From the NCBI GenBank assembly GCA_963731075.1, contig CAVSUC010000008.1, positions 506 to 64,505 on the forward strand: a stretch of 64,000 nt of DNA. The letters are read 5' to 3'. Shown here in pieces: positions 1 to 9,775 of the stretch; position 1 is the first letter of the stretch; each line of letters begins with the position of its first letter. The position numbers were made by a program, and so were the translations under genes. Below the pieces are notes generated by a model that made no database searches, was not told where the DNA came from, and was given only the letters and a program-made list of their open reading frames with translations. The DNA comes from an uncultured Actinomycetota bacterium (GTDB lineage: Bacteria; Actinomycetota; Actinomycetes; Propionibacteriales; Nocardioidaceae).

Positions 1-33
1 CCGCCGGGTCCCGATCGCAGAAAAGGTGGGTCA

Positions 34-1908
34 GTGAGCCACTACAAGTCCAACATCCGCGACATCGAGTTCAACCTCTTCGAGGTGCTCGGCCGCGACG
101 AGGTCCTGGGACAGGGACCCTTCGAGGCCATCGACGGTGAGACCGCCCGCTCGATCCTGACCGAGGTGGAGCGCCTGGCGCGCGAGGACCTGGCCGCGTC
201 GTACGAGGACAGCGACCGCAACCCGCCGGTCTTCGACCCCGAGACCCACACGGCTCCCCTGCCCGAGTCGTTCAAGAAGAGCTACGCGGCCTGGCAGGAC
301 GCGGAGTACTGGCGCCTGCAGCTCCCCGAGGTGCTCGGCGGCACGCCCGCCCCCTCGAGCCTGATCTGGGCCCTGGGCGAGATGGTGCTCGGCGCCAACG
401 CCCCCATCTGGATGTACGGCGCGGGGCCGGCCTTCGCCGGGATCGTGCACCGCAACGGCAACGACCGTGACAAGCGGATCGCCCAGATCATCATCGACCG
501 CGGCTGGAACACCAGCATGGTGCTCACCGAGCCCGACGCCGGCTCCGACGTGGGCGCCGGTCGCGCCAAGGCCACCCTCAACGAGGACGGCACCTGGAAC
601 ATCACCGGCGTGAAGCGGTTCATCACCTCCGCCGAGAGCGACCTGTGCGACAACATCATCCACCTCGTCCTCGCCCGCCCCGTGGGCGTCGAGGGCCACG
701 GCGGGCCCGGCACCAAGGGCCTGAGCCTGTTCATCGTGCCGAAGTTCGACTTCGACCCGGAGACCGGTGAGATCGGCGACCGCAACGGCGCCTACGTCAC
801 CAACGTCGAGCACAAGATGGGCATCAAGGTGTCGAACACCTGCGAGCTCACCTTCGGCGACAGCGGCGTCGGTGGCGGCGAGCCCGCCAAGGGGTGGCTG
901 CTCGGCGAGGTCCACGACGGCATCGCCCAGATGTTCCAGGTCATCGAGAACGCCCGGATGATGGTGGGCAGCAAGGCGATCGCCACGCTCTCCACCGGCT
1001 ACCTCAACGCGCTGGAGTACGCCAAGACCCGCGTGCAGGGTTCCGACCTGACCCAGGCCTCGGACAAGACCGCGCCCCGCGTGACGATCACCCACCACCC
1101 CGACGTCCGTCGGTCGCTGATGGTGCAGAAGTCGTTCTCCGAGGCCATGCGCTCCCTCGTCCTCTACACCGCGTCCTGGCAGGACCGGGTCCAGCTGGCC
1201 GAGCACAACGGCGAGACCGACGAGCTGGCCATGCGGGTCAACGACCTGCTGCTGCCGATCGTCAAGGGCTACGGCTCGGAGCGCTCGTGGGTGCTGCTCG
1301 GCACCGAGTCGTTGCAGACCTTCGGCGGGTCGGGCTTCCTGACGGAGTACCCCGTCGAGCAGTACGTCCGAGACGCCAAGATCGACACCCTCTACGAGGG
1401 CACGACCGCCATCCAGGGCCAGGACTTCTTCTTCCGCAAGATCGTCAAGGACCAGGCCAAGGCGCTCGGCTACCTCGCCGGCGAGATCGAGACGTTCATC
1501 AAGAGCGAGGCCGGCAACGGTCGCCTCAAGGCCGAGCGCGAGCTGCTCGCGAAGTCGCTCGAGGACGCGCAGGCGCTGGTCGGCCTGATGATCAACACCC
1601 TGATGAGCGCGGACGAGTCCGCCGAGGGTGGCGACATCAAGAACATCTACAAGGTCGGGCTGAACACCTCCCGCCTGCTGATGGTGCTCGGCGACGTCGT
1701 CTGCGCGTGGCTGCTGCTCAAGGGCGCCGAGGTCGCGCTCCAGAAGCTCGGGGGCGAGGTCTCCGGCAAGGACAAGTCGTTCTACGAGGGCAAGGTCGCG
1801 GCGGCGCAGTTCTTCGCCCAGCACAACCTGCCCAGGATCACCGCCGAGCTGGCCATCGCCGAGGCGACCGACCTGTCGCTGATGGAGCTGGACGAGGCTG
1901 CGTTCTGA
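34..1908 (+). CDS. Acyl-CoA dehydrogenase (FadE5-like)
   Basis: 624 aa; [52 protein letters not shown] acyl-CoA DH motifs. Confidence 0.95.
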   Translation: MSHYKSNIRDIEFNLFEVLGRDEVLGQGPFEAIDGETARSILTEVERLAREDLAASYEDSDRNPPVFDPETHTAPLPESFKKSYAAWQDAEYWRLQLPEVLGGTPAPSSLIWALGEMVLGANAPIWMYGAGPAFAGIVHRNGNDRDKRIAQIIIDRGWNTSMVLTEPDAGSDVGAGRAKATLNEDGTWNITGVKRFITSAESDLCDNIIHLVLARPVGVEGHGGPGTKGLSLFIVPKFDFDPETGEIGDRNGAYVTNVEHKMGIKVSNTCELTFGDSGVGGGEPAKGWLLGEVHDGIAQMFQVIENARMMVGSKAIATLSTGYLNALEYAKTRVQGSDLTQASDKTAPRVTITHHPDVRRSLMVQKSFSEAMRSLVLYTASWQDRVQLAEHNGETDELAMRVNDLLLPIVKGYGSERSWVLLGTESLQTFGGSGFLTEYPVEQYVRDAKIDTLYEGTTAIQGQDFFFRKIVKDQAKALGYLAGEIETFIKSEAGNGRLKAERELLAKSLEDAQALVGLMINTLMSADESAEGGDIKNIYKVGLNTSRLLMVLGDVVCAWLLLKGAEVALQKLGGEVSGKDKSFYEGKVAAAQFFAQHNLPRITAELAIAEATDLSLMELDEAAF

Positions 1909-1948
1909 CCGATCCTCGACCCGAGGACGACCACCATCCGGACCCACG

Positions 1949-1982
1949 AAGCTCCCGCCGACGCGCCGTCGGCGGGAGTTTC
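1949..1982 (+). terminator. Intrinsic terminator-like hairpin
   Basis: AAGCTCCCGCCGACG-CGC-CGTCGGCGGGAGTTT about 40 nt after the stop of the acyl-CoA DH gene. Confidence 0.7.
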
Positions 1983-2046
1983 GCCGGAAATGCGCATGTG
2001 AACGCGTGAATCGGGCACACTCAGGCCCCAACCGAAGGAGATTGAC

Positions 2047-2268
2047 ATGGGTATCGGACTTGGCGTCGTACTTCTGCTGGTGGGGCTCGTCCTCGCCCTT
2101 GGCGTGGTCGACCTCCCCGCGAGCATCGACGACACCGTCGCTACGAGCACTCTCGGCTGGATCCTGATCATCGTGGGCGCGCTGGCCATCGTGCTGGCCC
2201 TGGTGATGAACGCCCAGCGCAGCCGGACCCACGTGGTCGAGGAGCGCCGGGTAGACCCGCCCCGCTGA
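2047..2268 (+). CDS. Small 2-TM membrane protein (DUF6458-like)
   Basis: 73 aa, MGIGLGVVLLLVGLVL plus a second hydrophobic helix; AAGGAG RBS upstream. Confidence 0.8.
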   Translation: MGIGLGVVLLLVGLVLALGVVDLPASIDDTVATSTLGWILIIVGALAIVLALVMNAQRSRTHVVEERRVDPPR

Positions 2269-2309
2269 CCCCCGGTCCGCCCACGGCGCCCGCCCGTACG
2301 CTGTCCGCC

Positions 2310-3122
2310 ATGGACGACCCACGCCTGCTCCACCTGGTCGAGATCTGGCACGACGCGTGCACCGACTTCGTGTCGCTCGTCCGTGAGATCCCGCCCGACC
2401 AGGGGGACCTGCCGACCGACCTCGAGGGCTGGACGGTCAAGGACAACGTCGCCCACACCGCCCACCTCGAGGCCGTCCTGGCCGGCGCCCCCGAGGAGAC
2501 GGTCGAGGTGGCCGACGCGCCGCACCTCAAGGGCCTGCAGAACTACTACACCGAGTCCGGCGTGCTCGCGCGGCGCGACCGCTCGCTGCAGGACCTCGCC
2601 GACGAGATCGAGCGGTCCGTGGCCACGCGCTACGCCGAGCTCCTGGCCGACCCGCCCACCGACGCGAAGGCGGCACCGCCCCGCACCCCGGGCGGTGCCC
2701 CCTGGGACACCCAGACGCTGCTGAGCAACCGTCCCTTCGACGTGTGGATGCACGACCAGGACGTACGCCGGGCGATCGGCCGTCTCGGCGGCTACGACTG
2801 CGAGGCAGCGCATCACGTGCTGTCGGTCCTCGGGCGGGGGCTGCCCATGGTGGTGGGCAAGCGCCTCGCGCCGCCGGTCGGCACGACCGTGCGGCTGGCC
2901 GTCCCGGACGCCGACCTGGAGTGGACGGTGACCGTCGGCGACGACGGCCGCGCCGGACCCGCCGAGCCCGGGTCGACCCCGACGACGACGGTGAGCCTCA
3001 GCCCCGAGGACTTCGTCGTGCTCGCAGGTGGCCGGCGGTCGCCCGAGACGACCGCACCGGTGATCGACGGCGACCAGGAGCTGGGCCGGCGCCTGGTGCA
3101 CTCGCTGACGGTCACGCCGTGA
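2310..3122 (+). CDS. Mycothiol-dependent maleylpyruvate isomerase (DinB/MDMPI) family protein
   Basis: PTDLEGWTVKDNVAHTAHLE and DVWMHDQDVRRA metal-binding His motifs. Confidence 0.85.
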   Translation: MDDPRLLHLVEIWHDACTDFVSLVREIPPDQGDLPTDLEGWTVKDNVAHTAHLEAVLAGAPEETVEVADAPHLKGLQNYYTESGVLARRDRSLQDLADEIERSVATRYAELLADPPTDAKAAPPRTPGGAPWDTQTLLSNRPFDVWMHDQDVRRAIGRLGGYDCEAAHHVLSVLGRGLPMVVGKRLAPPVGTTVRLAVPDADLEWTVTVGDDGRAGPAEPGSTPTTTVSLSPEDFVVLAGGRRSPETTAPVIDGDQELGRRLVHSLTVTP

Positions 3123-4060
3123 GCGCCCGTCCGTGGACCGCGGACGACATCCCGGACCTGAGCGGCAAGCGCGCGCTGGTCACCGGCGTGACGAGCGGGA
3201 TCGGCGAGAAGACGGTGATCGAGCTCGCCCGCCACGGCGCCGAGGTGATCCTGGGGGCGCGCAACCCCGCCCGGCTCGAGGCCTCGATCAGGACCATCGA
3301 GCAGGCGGTGCCCGGCGCCAGGCTGCACCCCCTGTCCGTCGACGTCTCCGACCTCTCCTCGGTCCGCCGTGCGGCCGGCCAGGTCGAGGGGCCGCTGGAC
3401 CTGCTCGTCAACAACGCCGGCGTGATGGCGACCCCCTACCAGCGCACGGCCGACGGGCTCGAGCTCCAGATGGCGACCAACCACTTCGGCCCGTTCGCCC
3501 TCACCGGCCTGCTGCTGCCCCAGCTCGTCGCCTCCGGTGACGGCCGGGTGGTGGCGGTCGGCTCACAGGCCAGCCGGGTCGCCCGGCGCGCTCCGCTGGA
3601 CGACCCGAAGGACGAGTCGGTCCCCTACAGCCGCTACCGGTCCTACGCCGAGTCCAAGCTGGCCGACCTGATGTTCGTCTTCACCCTCGACCGGCGCGCC
3701 CGGGCCCAGGGACTCCCCGTCAAGGGGCTCGCGGCCCATCCCGGCTACGCCGCCACCGGCCTGATGGGCACCGGCCTCAGCACCGGCGGGGACCCGGCCC
3801 GGCCGTCGCGGACCTCGATGATCATGCAGGCGGTCTTCTCCGCCATCGGCCAGCCCTCCGAGATCGGTGCCCTGCCCACCCTGATGGCCGCCACCGCCGA
3901 CCTCCCCGGCTCGACCTACATCGGGCCCAGCGGACGCGGCCAGTTCAAGGGCCACCCCCGGATCGTCAGCCCGCGGCAGCTCGCTCTCGACCGCGCGGCG
4001 CAGGACCGGCTGTGGCAGCTCAGCGAGGAGGCCACCGGCGTGAGGTTCCTGGACGGATGA
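3119..4060 (+). CDS. Short-chain dehydrogenase/reductase
   Basis: GTGA overlap start; ALVTGVTSGIG, NNAGVM, YAESK (YxxxK), HPG. Confidence 0.9.
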   Translation: MSARPWTADDIPDLSGKRALVTGVTSGIGEKTVIELARHGAEVILGARNPARLEASIRTIEQAVPGARLHPLSVDVSDLSSVRRAAGQVEGPLDLLVNNAGVMATPYQRTADGLELQMATNHFGPFALTGLLLPQLVASGDGRVVAVGSQASRVARRAPLDDPKDESVPYSRYRSYAESKLADLMFVFTLDRRARAQGLPVKGLAAHPGYAATGLMGTGLSTGGDPARPSRTSMIMQAVFSAIGQPSEIGALPTLMAATADLPGSTYIGPSGRGQFKGHPRIVSPRQLALDRAAQDRLWQLSEEATGVRFLDG

Positions 4061-4542
4061 GCCTGCGACCGATCCTGCGACCGATCCGGCCCGACGACCA
4101 CCGGGACGTGCTGGCCCTCAACGAGCGCAACGTCGAGCTGCTCGCCCCCCTCGACGAGGACCGGCTCACCGAGATCGTGGCCGTGGCCGCCTCGGCGTCG
4201 GTCATCGACGTCGACGGCGCCTTCGCCGGCTTCGTGGTCACGTTCCGCTCCGGCTCGGCGTACGACGGGGAGAACTTCGGCTGGTTCACCGAGCGCTACG
4301 CCGACTTCTGCTACCTCGACCGCGTCGTCCTGCACGAGGACTTCCGCCGCCGCGGCCTCGGGTCCTTGGTCTACGACGAGCTGGAGGCGGCCTGCGACGG
4401 GTCCGTCTTCGCACTCGAGGTCAACCTCGACCCACCCAACGAGGGGTCGCTCGCGTTCCACCGCGCCCGCGGCTTCGACGAGGTCGGCCAGCGCGGCTCC
4501 CACGGCCACGTGGTCTCGCTGATGGTCAAGCAGCTCAGCTGA
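4057..4542 (+). CDS. GNAT family N-acetyltransferase
   Basis: ATGA overlap; YLDRVVLHEDFRRRGLGSLVY, N..SLAFHRARGF. Confidence 0.88.
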   Translation: MSLRPILRPIRPDDHRDVLALNERNVELLAPLDEDRLTEIVAVAASASVIDVDGAFAGFVVTFRSGSAYDGENFGWFTERYADFCYLDRVVLHEDFRRRGLGSLVYDELEAACDGSVFALEVNLDPPNEGSLAFHRARGFDEVGQRGSHGHVVSLMVKQLS

Positions 4543-5146
4543 TCACGCGCAGCACGACCGTGCCCTTGGGGTAGCGCACCCCGGACCTGAAGTGTCGGTG
4601 GAAGACCGCCGCGAGCTGGCGGAGGTCGGCGGGCGCGAGCTTGATGCAGCCGGCCGACTTGTACTCGTTGAACGACGGGAACTCCCACCGGCACAGCTGG
4701 TCACCGCGGCGGTTCTTGCACTGGGAGTTGCCGGCGCCCTGCTCGGTGTGGATGAACAGGTCGAAGCGCTGGTTGCCGGACGTGCACCGCTTGTCGTCGA
4801 GCCGGAACGCACGCCCCTTGATCTTCTGGCCGGGGTAGTCGTCGTAGGCCCGCAGCCGGTAGGTGCCGTTCGGCAGCCAACCCTTGTTGTTCACGCACTC
4901 GTTGCGGCCGGCCTTGCCGAGCATCCCCGAGCCGGCGCGCCAGCGACGCGTCTCCACGACCTTCCAGTCCTTGCCGTCGCGCTGGTAGAGGTGCCAGACC
5001 AGGCGCGAGTTGGCGGGGTTGCCCTGGTTCTTGTCGAACGTGATGCCGGCGCGCCACTGCTGGGTGGCCGAGTCGGCGGGAGCGGCGAGCAGCAGGGACG
5101 CCGCCACCACGGCGATGGTCATCAGGACGGCGGCCAGTCTGTTCAC
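4535..5146 (-). CDS. Secreted L,D-transpeptidase-like (YkuD/Tlde1-DUF2778-like) protein
   Basis: Sec signal peptide; AGSG, GWLPNGTY, LFIH...SAGCIKL His/Cys catalytic-like motif. Confidence 0.65.
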   Translation of the reverse strand: MNRLAAVLMTIAVVAASLLLAAPADSATQQWRAGITFDKNQGNPANSRLVWHLYQRDGKDWKVVETRRWRAGSGMLGKAGRNECVNNKGWLPNGTYRLRAYDDYPGQKIKGRAFRLDDKRCTSGNQRFDLFIHTEQGAGNSQCKNRRGDQLCRWEFPSFNEYKSAGCIKLAPADLRQLAAVFHRHFRSGVRYPKGTVVLRVIS

Positions 5147-5221
5147 GAGCCGACCCTAGAGGAACTCCGCCGTCGGCGAACACCGCTTGCGCCAGCGGCG
5201 GACAGGGCTCAGGTTGGGTCA

Positions 5222-6205
5222 ATGCGACTTCTCGTTCTCGGCGGCACCATGTTCCTCTCCCGCGCCATCGCGGCCGACGCCGTCGCCCGGGGCCACGAGG
5301 TCACGTGCGCGGCGCGCGGGGAGTCCGGTGTGGTGCCCGAGGGAGCGCGCCACGTGGTGCTCGACCGGGAGTCCCCGGACTGGTCCGCGCTCGAGGGCGA
5401 GTGGGACGCGGTCGTGGACGTGGCCCGGACTCCGTCGTGGGTCGCCGCGGCCCTCGACGCCCTCGTCGACCGGGCACCGCACTGGACCTTCGTCTCGACC
5501 ATCAGCGTCTATGCCGACCAGACGACTCCGGGCGGCAGCCAGGACACCCTCCCCCTGCTGCCGGCCGCCGGGGACGACGTCGACCCGGACAGCCCCGAGG
5601 CCTACGGCTCGAACAAGGTCGCCTGCGAGCAGGACGTGCAGCGGCGCGCGGCGACGTGGCTGGTGGTCCGGCCCGGGCTGATCGTGGGGCCCGGCGACCC
5701 GAGTGGGAGGTTCACCTACTGGGCCGAGCGGCTGGCCGAGGGTGGTGACGTGCTCGCTCCGGAGTCTCCCGACCGGGGCACCCAGGCCATCGACGTACGC
5801 GACCTGGCGGCGTGGATCATCACCGGCGTCGAGCAGCGACTGACTGGTGTGTACGACGCGACCGGCCCCGTCGTACGCCTCGGCGACCTGGTGGACCAGG
5901 TCGTCACCGCCGTCGGGCAGAAGGCCAGCCTGGTGTGGGCCTCGGCCGACTTCCTGCTCGAGCGCGGGGTGAACCACTGGTCCGGCCCGCGGTCGCTGCC
6001 GCTGTGGCTCCCGGAGGACTGCCGCGGCATGACCTCCCACGACGTGAGCGCCGCCGTCGCCGCCGGCCTGACGACCCGACCCATCGCCGAGACCGCCGTC
6101 GACACCCTCGCCTGGGTCCGATCCGTGCCGGACGTCCCGCGCACGGGTCTCAGCCGCGCCGAGGAGCAGGACCTGCTCGACGACTGGCATGCCGCGCAGG
6201 ACTGA
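5222..6205 (+). CDS. NAD-dependent epimerase/dehydratase (extended SDR)
   Basis: MRLLVLGGTMFLSR, FVSTISVY, YGSNK, RPGLIVGPGD, IDVRDLA. Confidence 0.88.
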   Translation: MRLLVLGGTMFLSRAIAADAVARGHEVTCAARGESGVVPEGARHVVLDRESPDWSALEGEWDAVVDVARTPSWVAAALDALVDRAPHWTFVSTISVYADQTTPGGSQDTLPLLPAAGDDVDPDSPEAYGSNKVACEQDVQRRAATWLVVRPGLIVGPGDPSGRFTYWAERLAEGGDVLAPESPDRGTQAIDVRDLAAWIITGVEQRLTGVYDATGPVVRLGDLVDQVVTAVGQKASLVWASADFLLERGVNHWSGPRSLPLWLPEDCRGMTSHDVSAAVAAGLTTRPIAETAVDTLAWVRSVPDVPRTGLSRAEEQDLLDDWHAAQD

Positions 6206-6215
6206 GTAGGCGCGC

Positions 6216-6301
6216 AGTTTCACTGGGGACCCAGTGAAAGTGTCACTCCCCCCTTGTTGCAACGGTGGGGAAGTGCGAGTTTCACTGGGGACCCAGTGAA
6301 A
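6216..6301. repeat. Two identical 24-bp palindromic repeats (REP-like doublet)
   Basis: AGTTTCACTGGGGACCCAGTGAAA at 6216-6239 and 6278-6301, 38 nt apart; core TTTCACTGGG-GA-CCCAGTGAAA is a perfect 10-bp inverted repeat. Confidence 0.85.
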
Positions 6302-6319
6302 CTGCCACCCACTCGACAA

Positions 6320-6333
6320 TAGAACGTGTTTCA
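6320..6333. promoter_or_regulatory. KstR operator
   Basis: TAGAACGTGTTTCA matches the KstR consensus TnnAACnnGTTnnA exactly, 14 nt upstream of the LLM start. Confidence 0.75.
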
Positions 6334-6347
6334 GTTTTGATGGCGGC

Positions 6348-7208
6348 ATGGACCTCTCCGTGGTGCTCTTCACCAGCGACCGTGGCATCACCCCCGCCGA
6401 GGCGGCGAGGGCGGCGGAGGCAGCGGGGTTCCACGCGTTCTACGTGCCCGAGCACTCGCACATCCCGACCAGCCGCGACTCCGACCACCCGGGGACCGGT
6501 GGGGAGCTGCCCGACGACCGCTACCTGAGGATCCTGGACCCGTGGGTGTCGCTGGCGACCGCGGCGGCGGTGACGAGCACGATCCGGCTCGGCACGGCGG
6601 TCGCGCTGCCGATGGAGCACGACCCGATCACCCTGGCCAAGACGCTGGCGACCCTCGACCACCTCTCGGGCGGCCGGGTCACGCTCGGGGTCGGCTTCGG
6701 CTGGAACGTCGAGGAGCTCGAGGACCACGGGGTGCCGCGGAAGAAGCGGCGCACGGTCCTGCGCGAGTACCTCGAGCTGATGCAGCAGCTGTGGATCCAC
6801 GAGGTCGCGTCGTACGACGGGGAGTTCGCGCGACTCCGGCCCAGCTGGGCCTTCCCCAAGCCGGTGCAGCAGCCGCGGATCCCGATCCTGGTCGGCGCGG
6901 GCGGCACTGCGAAGAACTTCGCCTGGATCGTGAAGAACGCCGACGGCTGGATCACCACGCCGATCGAGACCGACATCGAGGACCGGGTCGCCGAGCTCAA
7001 CGAGGCGTGGCGGGCCGCCGGGCGCGCGGGCGACCCGCGGATCGTCGTCCTCCTCACCACCCGGCTCCAGCCCGGCCAGCTCGAGCGCTGGGAGGAGCTC
7101 GGCGTCGACGAGGTCATGTTCGGCCTGCCCGACAAGGGCGGCGACGAGGTGGCGACGTTCATCGGGCGGCTCGGAGCCTCCCTGAACCGGCCCGCCGCGC
7201 CGGCCTGA
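6348..7208 (+). CDS. LLM-class F420-dependent oxidoreductase (Rv2161c-like)
   Basis: FYVPEHSHIP, LDPWVSLATAAAVTSTIRLGTAV, LDHLSGGRVTLGVGFGWNVEE, PKPVQQPRIP. Confidence 0.9.
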   Translation: MDLSVVLFTSDRGITPAEAARAAEAAGFHAFYVPEHSHIPTSRDSDHPGTGGELPDDRYLRILDPWVSLATAAAVTSTIRLGTAVALPMEHDPITLAKTLATLDHLSGGRVTLGVGFGWNVEELEDHGVPRKKRRTVLREYLELMQQLWIHEVASYDGEFARLRPSWAFPKPVQQPRIPILVGAGGTAKNFAWIVKNADGWITTPIETDIEDRVAELNEAWRAAGRAGDPRIVVLLTTRLQPGQLERWEELGVDEVMFGLPDKGGDEVATFIGRLGASLNRPAAPA

Positions 7209-7993
7209 TGGGCACCTACGTCGTCAGCGGCTCCGCCTCGGGCATCGGCGCGGCCCTGACAGCACGGCTGCGCACCGACGGCCACACCGTCATCGGGGTC
7301 GACCTGCACGACGCGGAGGTGACCGCCGACCTGGCCACCGGTTCCGGACGGGGCGTCGCCGCCGCCGCGGTGCGCGACCTCGCCGACCGGGTCGACGGCG
7401 TGGTCCCGTGCGCCGGGGTCGCCGGGCTGACCGGGACCGACCCGCAGCTGGTTGTCTCTTTGAACTACTTCGGCGCGGTCGGCCTGGTCACCGACCTGCG
7501 GCCGCTGATGGGCGAGGGCTCCGGCGTGGTGCTGGTCAGCTCCAACTCGGTCACCTGCCAACCAGGGTGGAGCCACGCGGTGGCCGCGGCCTGCCTGACC
7601 GACGACGAGGAGCTCGCGTGCCGTCTCGCCGCCTCCGAGGAGGCCGTGAGCGTCTACCCCGCCACCAAGGCGGCCCTGGCGCACTGGGCTCGCCGCTCAG
7701 CGGTCCGGCCGGAGTGGGCCGGGGCAGGGATCCGCGTCAACGCCGTGGCTCCCGGACTGGTCGCCACGCCGATGACCGAACGGCTGCGGCAGGACCCCGA
7801 GCTCGGCGTCTTCGCCGACGCCTACCCGACCGCGCTCGGGCGACCGGGCCGTCCCGAGGAGGTGGCCGCCCTGGTCGCCTTCCTGCTTTCGGCGGAGTCC
7901 AGCCTGCTGGTCGGGTCCGTGGTCTTCGCCGACGGGGGCACCGACGCCCTGCTCCACCCGACGACTCCCACCGGGAAGGACGCCCCGGTCTAG
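7208..7993 (+). CDS. SDR, 3-alpha-hydroxysteroid dehydrogenase/carbonyl reductase-like
   Basis: TGATG overlap; VSGSASGIG, VIGVDLHDAEVTADLATGSGR, VVSLNYFGA, YPATK resemble Comamonas 3-alpha-HSD. Confidence 0.8.
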   Translation: MGTYVVSGSASGIGAALTARLRTDGHTVIGVDLHDAEVTADLATGSGRGVAAAAVRDLADRVDGVVPCAGVAGLTGTDPQLVVSLNYFGAVGLVTDLRPLMGEGSGVVLVSSNSVTCQPGWSHAVAAACLTDDEELACRLAASEEAVSVYPATKAALAHWARRSAVRPEWAGAGIRVNAVAPGLVATPMTERLRQDPELGVFADAYPTALGRPGRPEEVAALVAFLLSAESSLLVGSVVFADGGTDALLHPTTPTGKDAPV

Positions 7994-8076
7994 TCGGGCG
8001 GAGCCTGCCATCCCACCAGCCGGGAGGTTCGTCGCCGCCCCAGGACAGCCGCGGCGACACACTGTTGTCTGGCCCG

Positions 8077-9330
8077 ATGTCTCGGGTTCGAAGGTCTTTG
8101 GTCGCCGCCGCTGCGACGTCACTGGTGGTGATCACCTCCGTGGCCGGCCTGCCCCGGGCGGAGGGCGACGCCTCCCCCACGTCCGGTCCGACGGCCGCCG
8201 ACGGCACCGGCCCCACGGTCCACAGCTCCGACGGCCTCGCGGGCCCGCTGCTCACCTCGACGTCGCGGCACGGGCGCGTGACAGCCGCCCGGCTCGACGA
8301 GGTCAGCTGGCAGGTGGCGCCCGGTCTGGAGTACTCCCAGTGGACCGAGACGGCACCCCAGGGTCCGACCCGCATCTTCCTGCTGACCGCCCACCTCGAC
8401 GAGCCCGGGCTGGTGCTCGACCAGGTCAGCGGTCCGACGGTCTCGGCCCGCGGTCCACTCTCCGGGTGGCTCGCGAGCGACGGCGCGGTGGCCGGGGTGA
8501 ACGCCGACTTCTTCGACATCGGCGACACCGGCGCCCCTCTCGGCGTCGGGGCCGACCGGGAGAGGCACGTCCTGCACGCCCCCGCCTCCGGGTGGAACAC
8601 CACCTTCGTGCTCGGCCGGGGCTACGTGCCCGACGTCGTGCAGGACCGGCTCGTCGCCCAGGTCACCCCCGACGGCGGGACCCCGCTGGCGGTCTCGCGG
8701 TTCAACTCGCCGACCGTGCCCAAGGGCGGCATCGGGGTCTACACGCCGTCGTGGGGCGGCGCCCCGGGACGGCACGTGCTCGACGGCGCCACGAGCGTGC
8801 GCCAGGTCGTGATCCGCGACGGCGTGGTCCGCTACAACGGCAGCCGCCTCTCCGACGGCCGGAGGTTCCGCGGCTCGGTGCTGCTGGGCAGCGACGCCGG
8901 CGCCCGCACCCTGCACACCGCCTTCAAGGTCGGCCAGCGGGCGACGATCCGAAAGACGCTGAGCACCCCCGCGCACGTCGCCGTCAGCGGCAGCACCCGG
9001 TTGCTGCACGACGGGCAGACGACGACCACGGACAACCGCGAGCTGCACCCCCGCACGGGACTCGGCCTCGACCGTGACCAGCACGTCCTGCACCTGGTCG
9101 TGGTCGACGGCCGGTCGGAGAACAGCGGTGGGCACACGCTCCTCCAGCTGGCCCAGCTGCTCCAGTCCCTCGGTGACGACGAGGGGCTCAACCTCGACGG
9201 CGGTGGCTCCTCGACGATGGTCGCCCAGGACCCCGAGGGCGCGCTCGCCGTGCGCAACCAGCCCTCGGACGGCCACGAGCGCGACGTGCCCAACGGGCTG
9301 GGCTTCCGCTACACGCCGCCGGCCGGCTGA
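8077..9330 (+). CDS. Secreted phosphodiester glycosidase (NAGPA/DUF2233) family protein
   Basis: Signal peptide; GVNADFF, HPRTGLG, VVVDGRS, NLDGGGSSTM, RDVPNGL. Confidence 0.9.
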   Translation: MSRVRRSLVAAAATSLVVITSVAGLPRAEGDASPTSGPTAADGTGPTVHSSDGLAGPLLTSTSRHGRVTAARLDEVSWQVAPGLEYSQWTETAPQGPTRIFLLTAHLDEPGLVLDQVSGPTVSARGPLSGWLASDGAVAGVNADFFDIGDTGAPLGVGADRERHVLHAPASGWNTTFVLGRGYVPDVVQDRLVAQVTPDGGTPLAVSRFNSPTVPKGGIGVYTPSWGGAPGRHVLDGATSVRQVVIRDGVVRYNGSRLSDGRRFRGSVLLGSDAGARTLHTAFKVGQRATIRKTLSTPAHVAVSGSTRLLHDGQTTTTDNRELHPRTGLGLDRDQHVLHLVVVDGRSENSGGHTLLQLAQLLQSLGDDEGLNLDGGGSSTMVAQDPEGALAVRNQPSDGHERDVPNGLGFRYTPPAG

Positions 9331-9337
9331 CCGCGCC

Positions 9338-9704
9338 TCAGGTCAGGCGTACGACGATCCAGTCGGCCGCTCCGAGCAGCACCAGGAAGCGCAGGTAGCG
9401 ACCGACCAGGCAGGTGCTGACGAACAGCCAGATGTTCACCCGCAGCTGCCCGGCCAGGACGGCCAGCACGTAGAGCGGCGGGAAGCCCACCGAGGCCGAC
9501 GCGAACAGCAGCGCGACCGTGCCGCCCGGGTGCTCCTCGATCCAGGACCACCAGCGCCACGACCAGCAGGGTCAGGTCGTGCCGGTCCGCGGCCAGGGCG
9601 GCGAGGACCACCGACGCCACGGTCCGGACCAGCGTCACGAGGGTGGCGGGAGTGCTCAGTCGTTCCCGGGCCGGATCGGCGAGGACCCGACCAGTTGCGT
9701 TCAT
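9338..9704 (-). pseudogene. Chimeric remnant: CDP-alcohol phosphatidyltransferase N-terminus joined out of frame to a VTT/DedA (YqaA-like) C-terminus
   Basis: 9704-~9548 reads MNATGRVLADPARERLSTPATLVTLVRTVASVVL...LLVVALVV; another frame ~9547-9338 reads SWIEEHPGGTVALLFASASVGFPPLYVLAVLAGQLRVNIWLFVSTCLVGRYLRF...LT*. Confidence 0.6.
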
Positions 9705-9775
9705 CCCCGCACGCTGGGACCGCGCCCGTCGCGAGGCATCGGGCACGTCCCTGAAGCAGTCCCCGGGATCGGCGC

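Noticed and set aside
6216-6301. CRISPR array
   Set aside because: Only two repeats, no leader or cas genes, and the spacer is itself partly self-complementary; REP-like is more parsimonious.
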